Below, one piece after another: positions 63,439 to 64,000 of a stretch of DNA of 64,000 nt; the stretch's first letter is position 1; each line of letters starts with the position of its first letter. The notes below the pieces were generated by a model, which saw nothing but the letters and a program-made list of their open reading frames with translations, did no database searches and was not told where the DNA came from. The position numbers and the translations under genes were made by a program. Source of the DNA: an uncultured Acidobacteriota bacterium (GTDB lineage: Bacteria; Acidobacteriota; Blastocatellia; RBC074); NCBI GenBank assembly GCA_963796275.1, contig CAWCKY010000004.1, positions 544,001 through 608,000 of the forward strand, read 5' to 3'.

Positions 63439-64000
63439 CTATTGTCGATATACAAACTCATTGAGATTGAAAATCAGCTGGCAGAACTCGGCCAATCCGT
63501 TGGGGCTGCTTCGGATGTATTCCACCGCCTTCGCCCGCTCGAACTCTAGCGGTGCGCGCCCCAGTGCCAGGCGATAGGCCCGCTCCACCTGTGCCCGCAC
63601 GTTCTCGCCCTCCTCGCTCCGTAATCGCTCAGCAAAGAACCGGGCCTCGGTGATGACGAAGTTGTTGTTCATCAGCAGCAATGCCTGCGGCGCGATGGTC
63701 GACCGGTTACGCCGGTCGCACGAATTGATCAGGTTCGGTTGATCGAATGTTTCAAAGAGCGGGTAGCGGATGCTGCGCTTCGAAAACACGTACAGGCTGC
63801 GCCGCCACGTCGAAGGATCGTCGTCCGGCTTGCCCGGCCACGTCCGCTTGGTGCTCGATTGGAAGAGCTTCGGATCGATGTACGGGAAGACCGCCTGACC
63901 GCCCAGCGTCCGATCGAGATTGCCCGCGACGGCCAGTATCTGATCGCGTATGATCTCGGCTTCAAGCCGCACGCGAGGCATCCGCCAGAAGAACCGGTTT
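63439..64000 (-). CDS. DUF1553 (PSD1) domain protein, C-terminal part; 5' end outside window
   Basis: RLEAEIIRDQIL, RRSLY, FDQP, PQALLLMNN, IFNLNEFVY. Confidence 0.9.
   Translation of the reverse strand, partial: NRFFWRMPRVRLEAEIIRDQILAVAGNLDRTLGGQAVFPYIDPKLFQSSTKRTWPGKPDDDPSTWRRSLYVFSKRSIRYPLFETFDQPNLINSCDRRNRSTIAPQALLLMNNNFVITEARFFAERLRSEEGENVRAQVERAYRLALGRAPLEFERAKAVEYIRSSPNGLAEFCQLIFNLNEFVYRQ

Overview
Bacterial chromosomal window, most likely Acidobacteriota (Blastocatellia-like). This is inferred from six Oar-type TonB-dependent receptors (TBDRs), two DUF1501/DUF1553 pairs and a RAYT gene. Left part: TBDR, CusF-like lipoprotein, methyltransferase, STAS protein, pulA, mtnBDC, malQ, then a putative sigma54-driven pair of a bacterial eRF1-like release factor and a histone-H1-like protein. 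At 12.8-24.3 kb is a cassette bounded by gene remnants: DUF3386, TBDR, two secreted bicupins and a duplicated TBDR. The middle has rhodanese, AraC, S9 peptidase, GntR/DeoR, an orphan MASE1-PAS kinase, a sialidase-like protein, an ArsR/Zn-ribbon/malic enzyme operon, GH31 and a heme c-fused PHM-like copper monooxygenase. The right part has two TBDR-linked DUF1553/DUF1501 clusters, one interrupted by a RAYT flanked by 34-bp inverted REPs. Intergenic DNA is rich in REPIN-like palindromes and 7- or 9-nt periodic hairpins. Four otherwise intact genes carry single-base frameshifts, probably assembly errors. I recognised no rRNA, tRNA or CRISPR array. Family calls come from motif recognition, not database searches.
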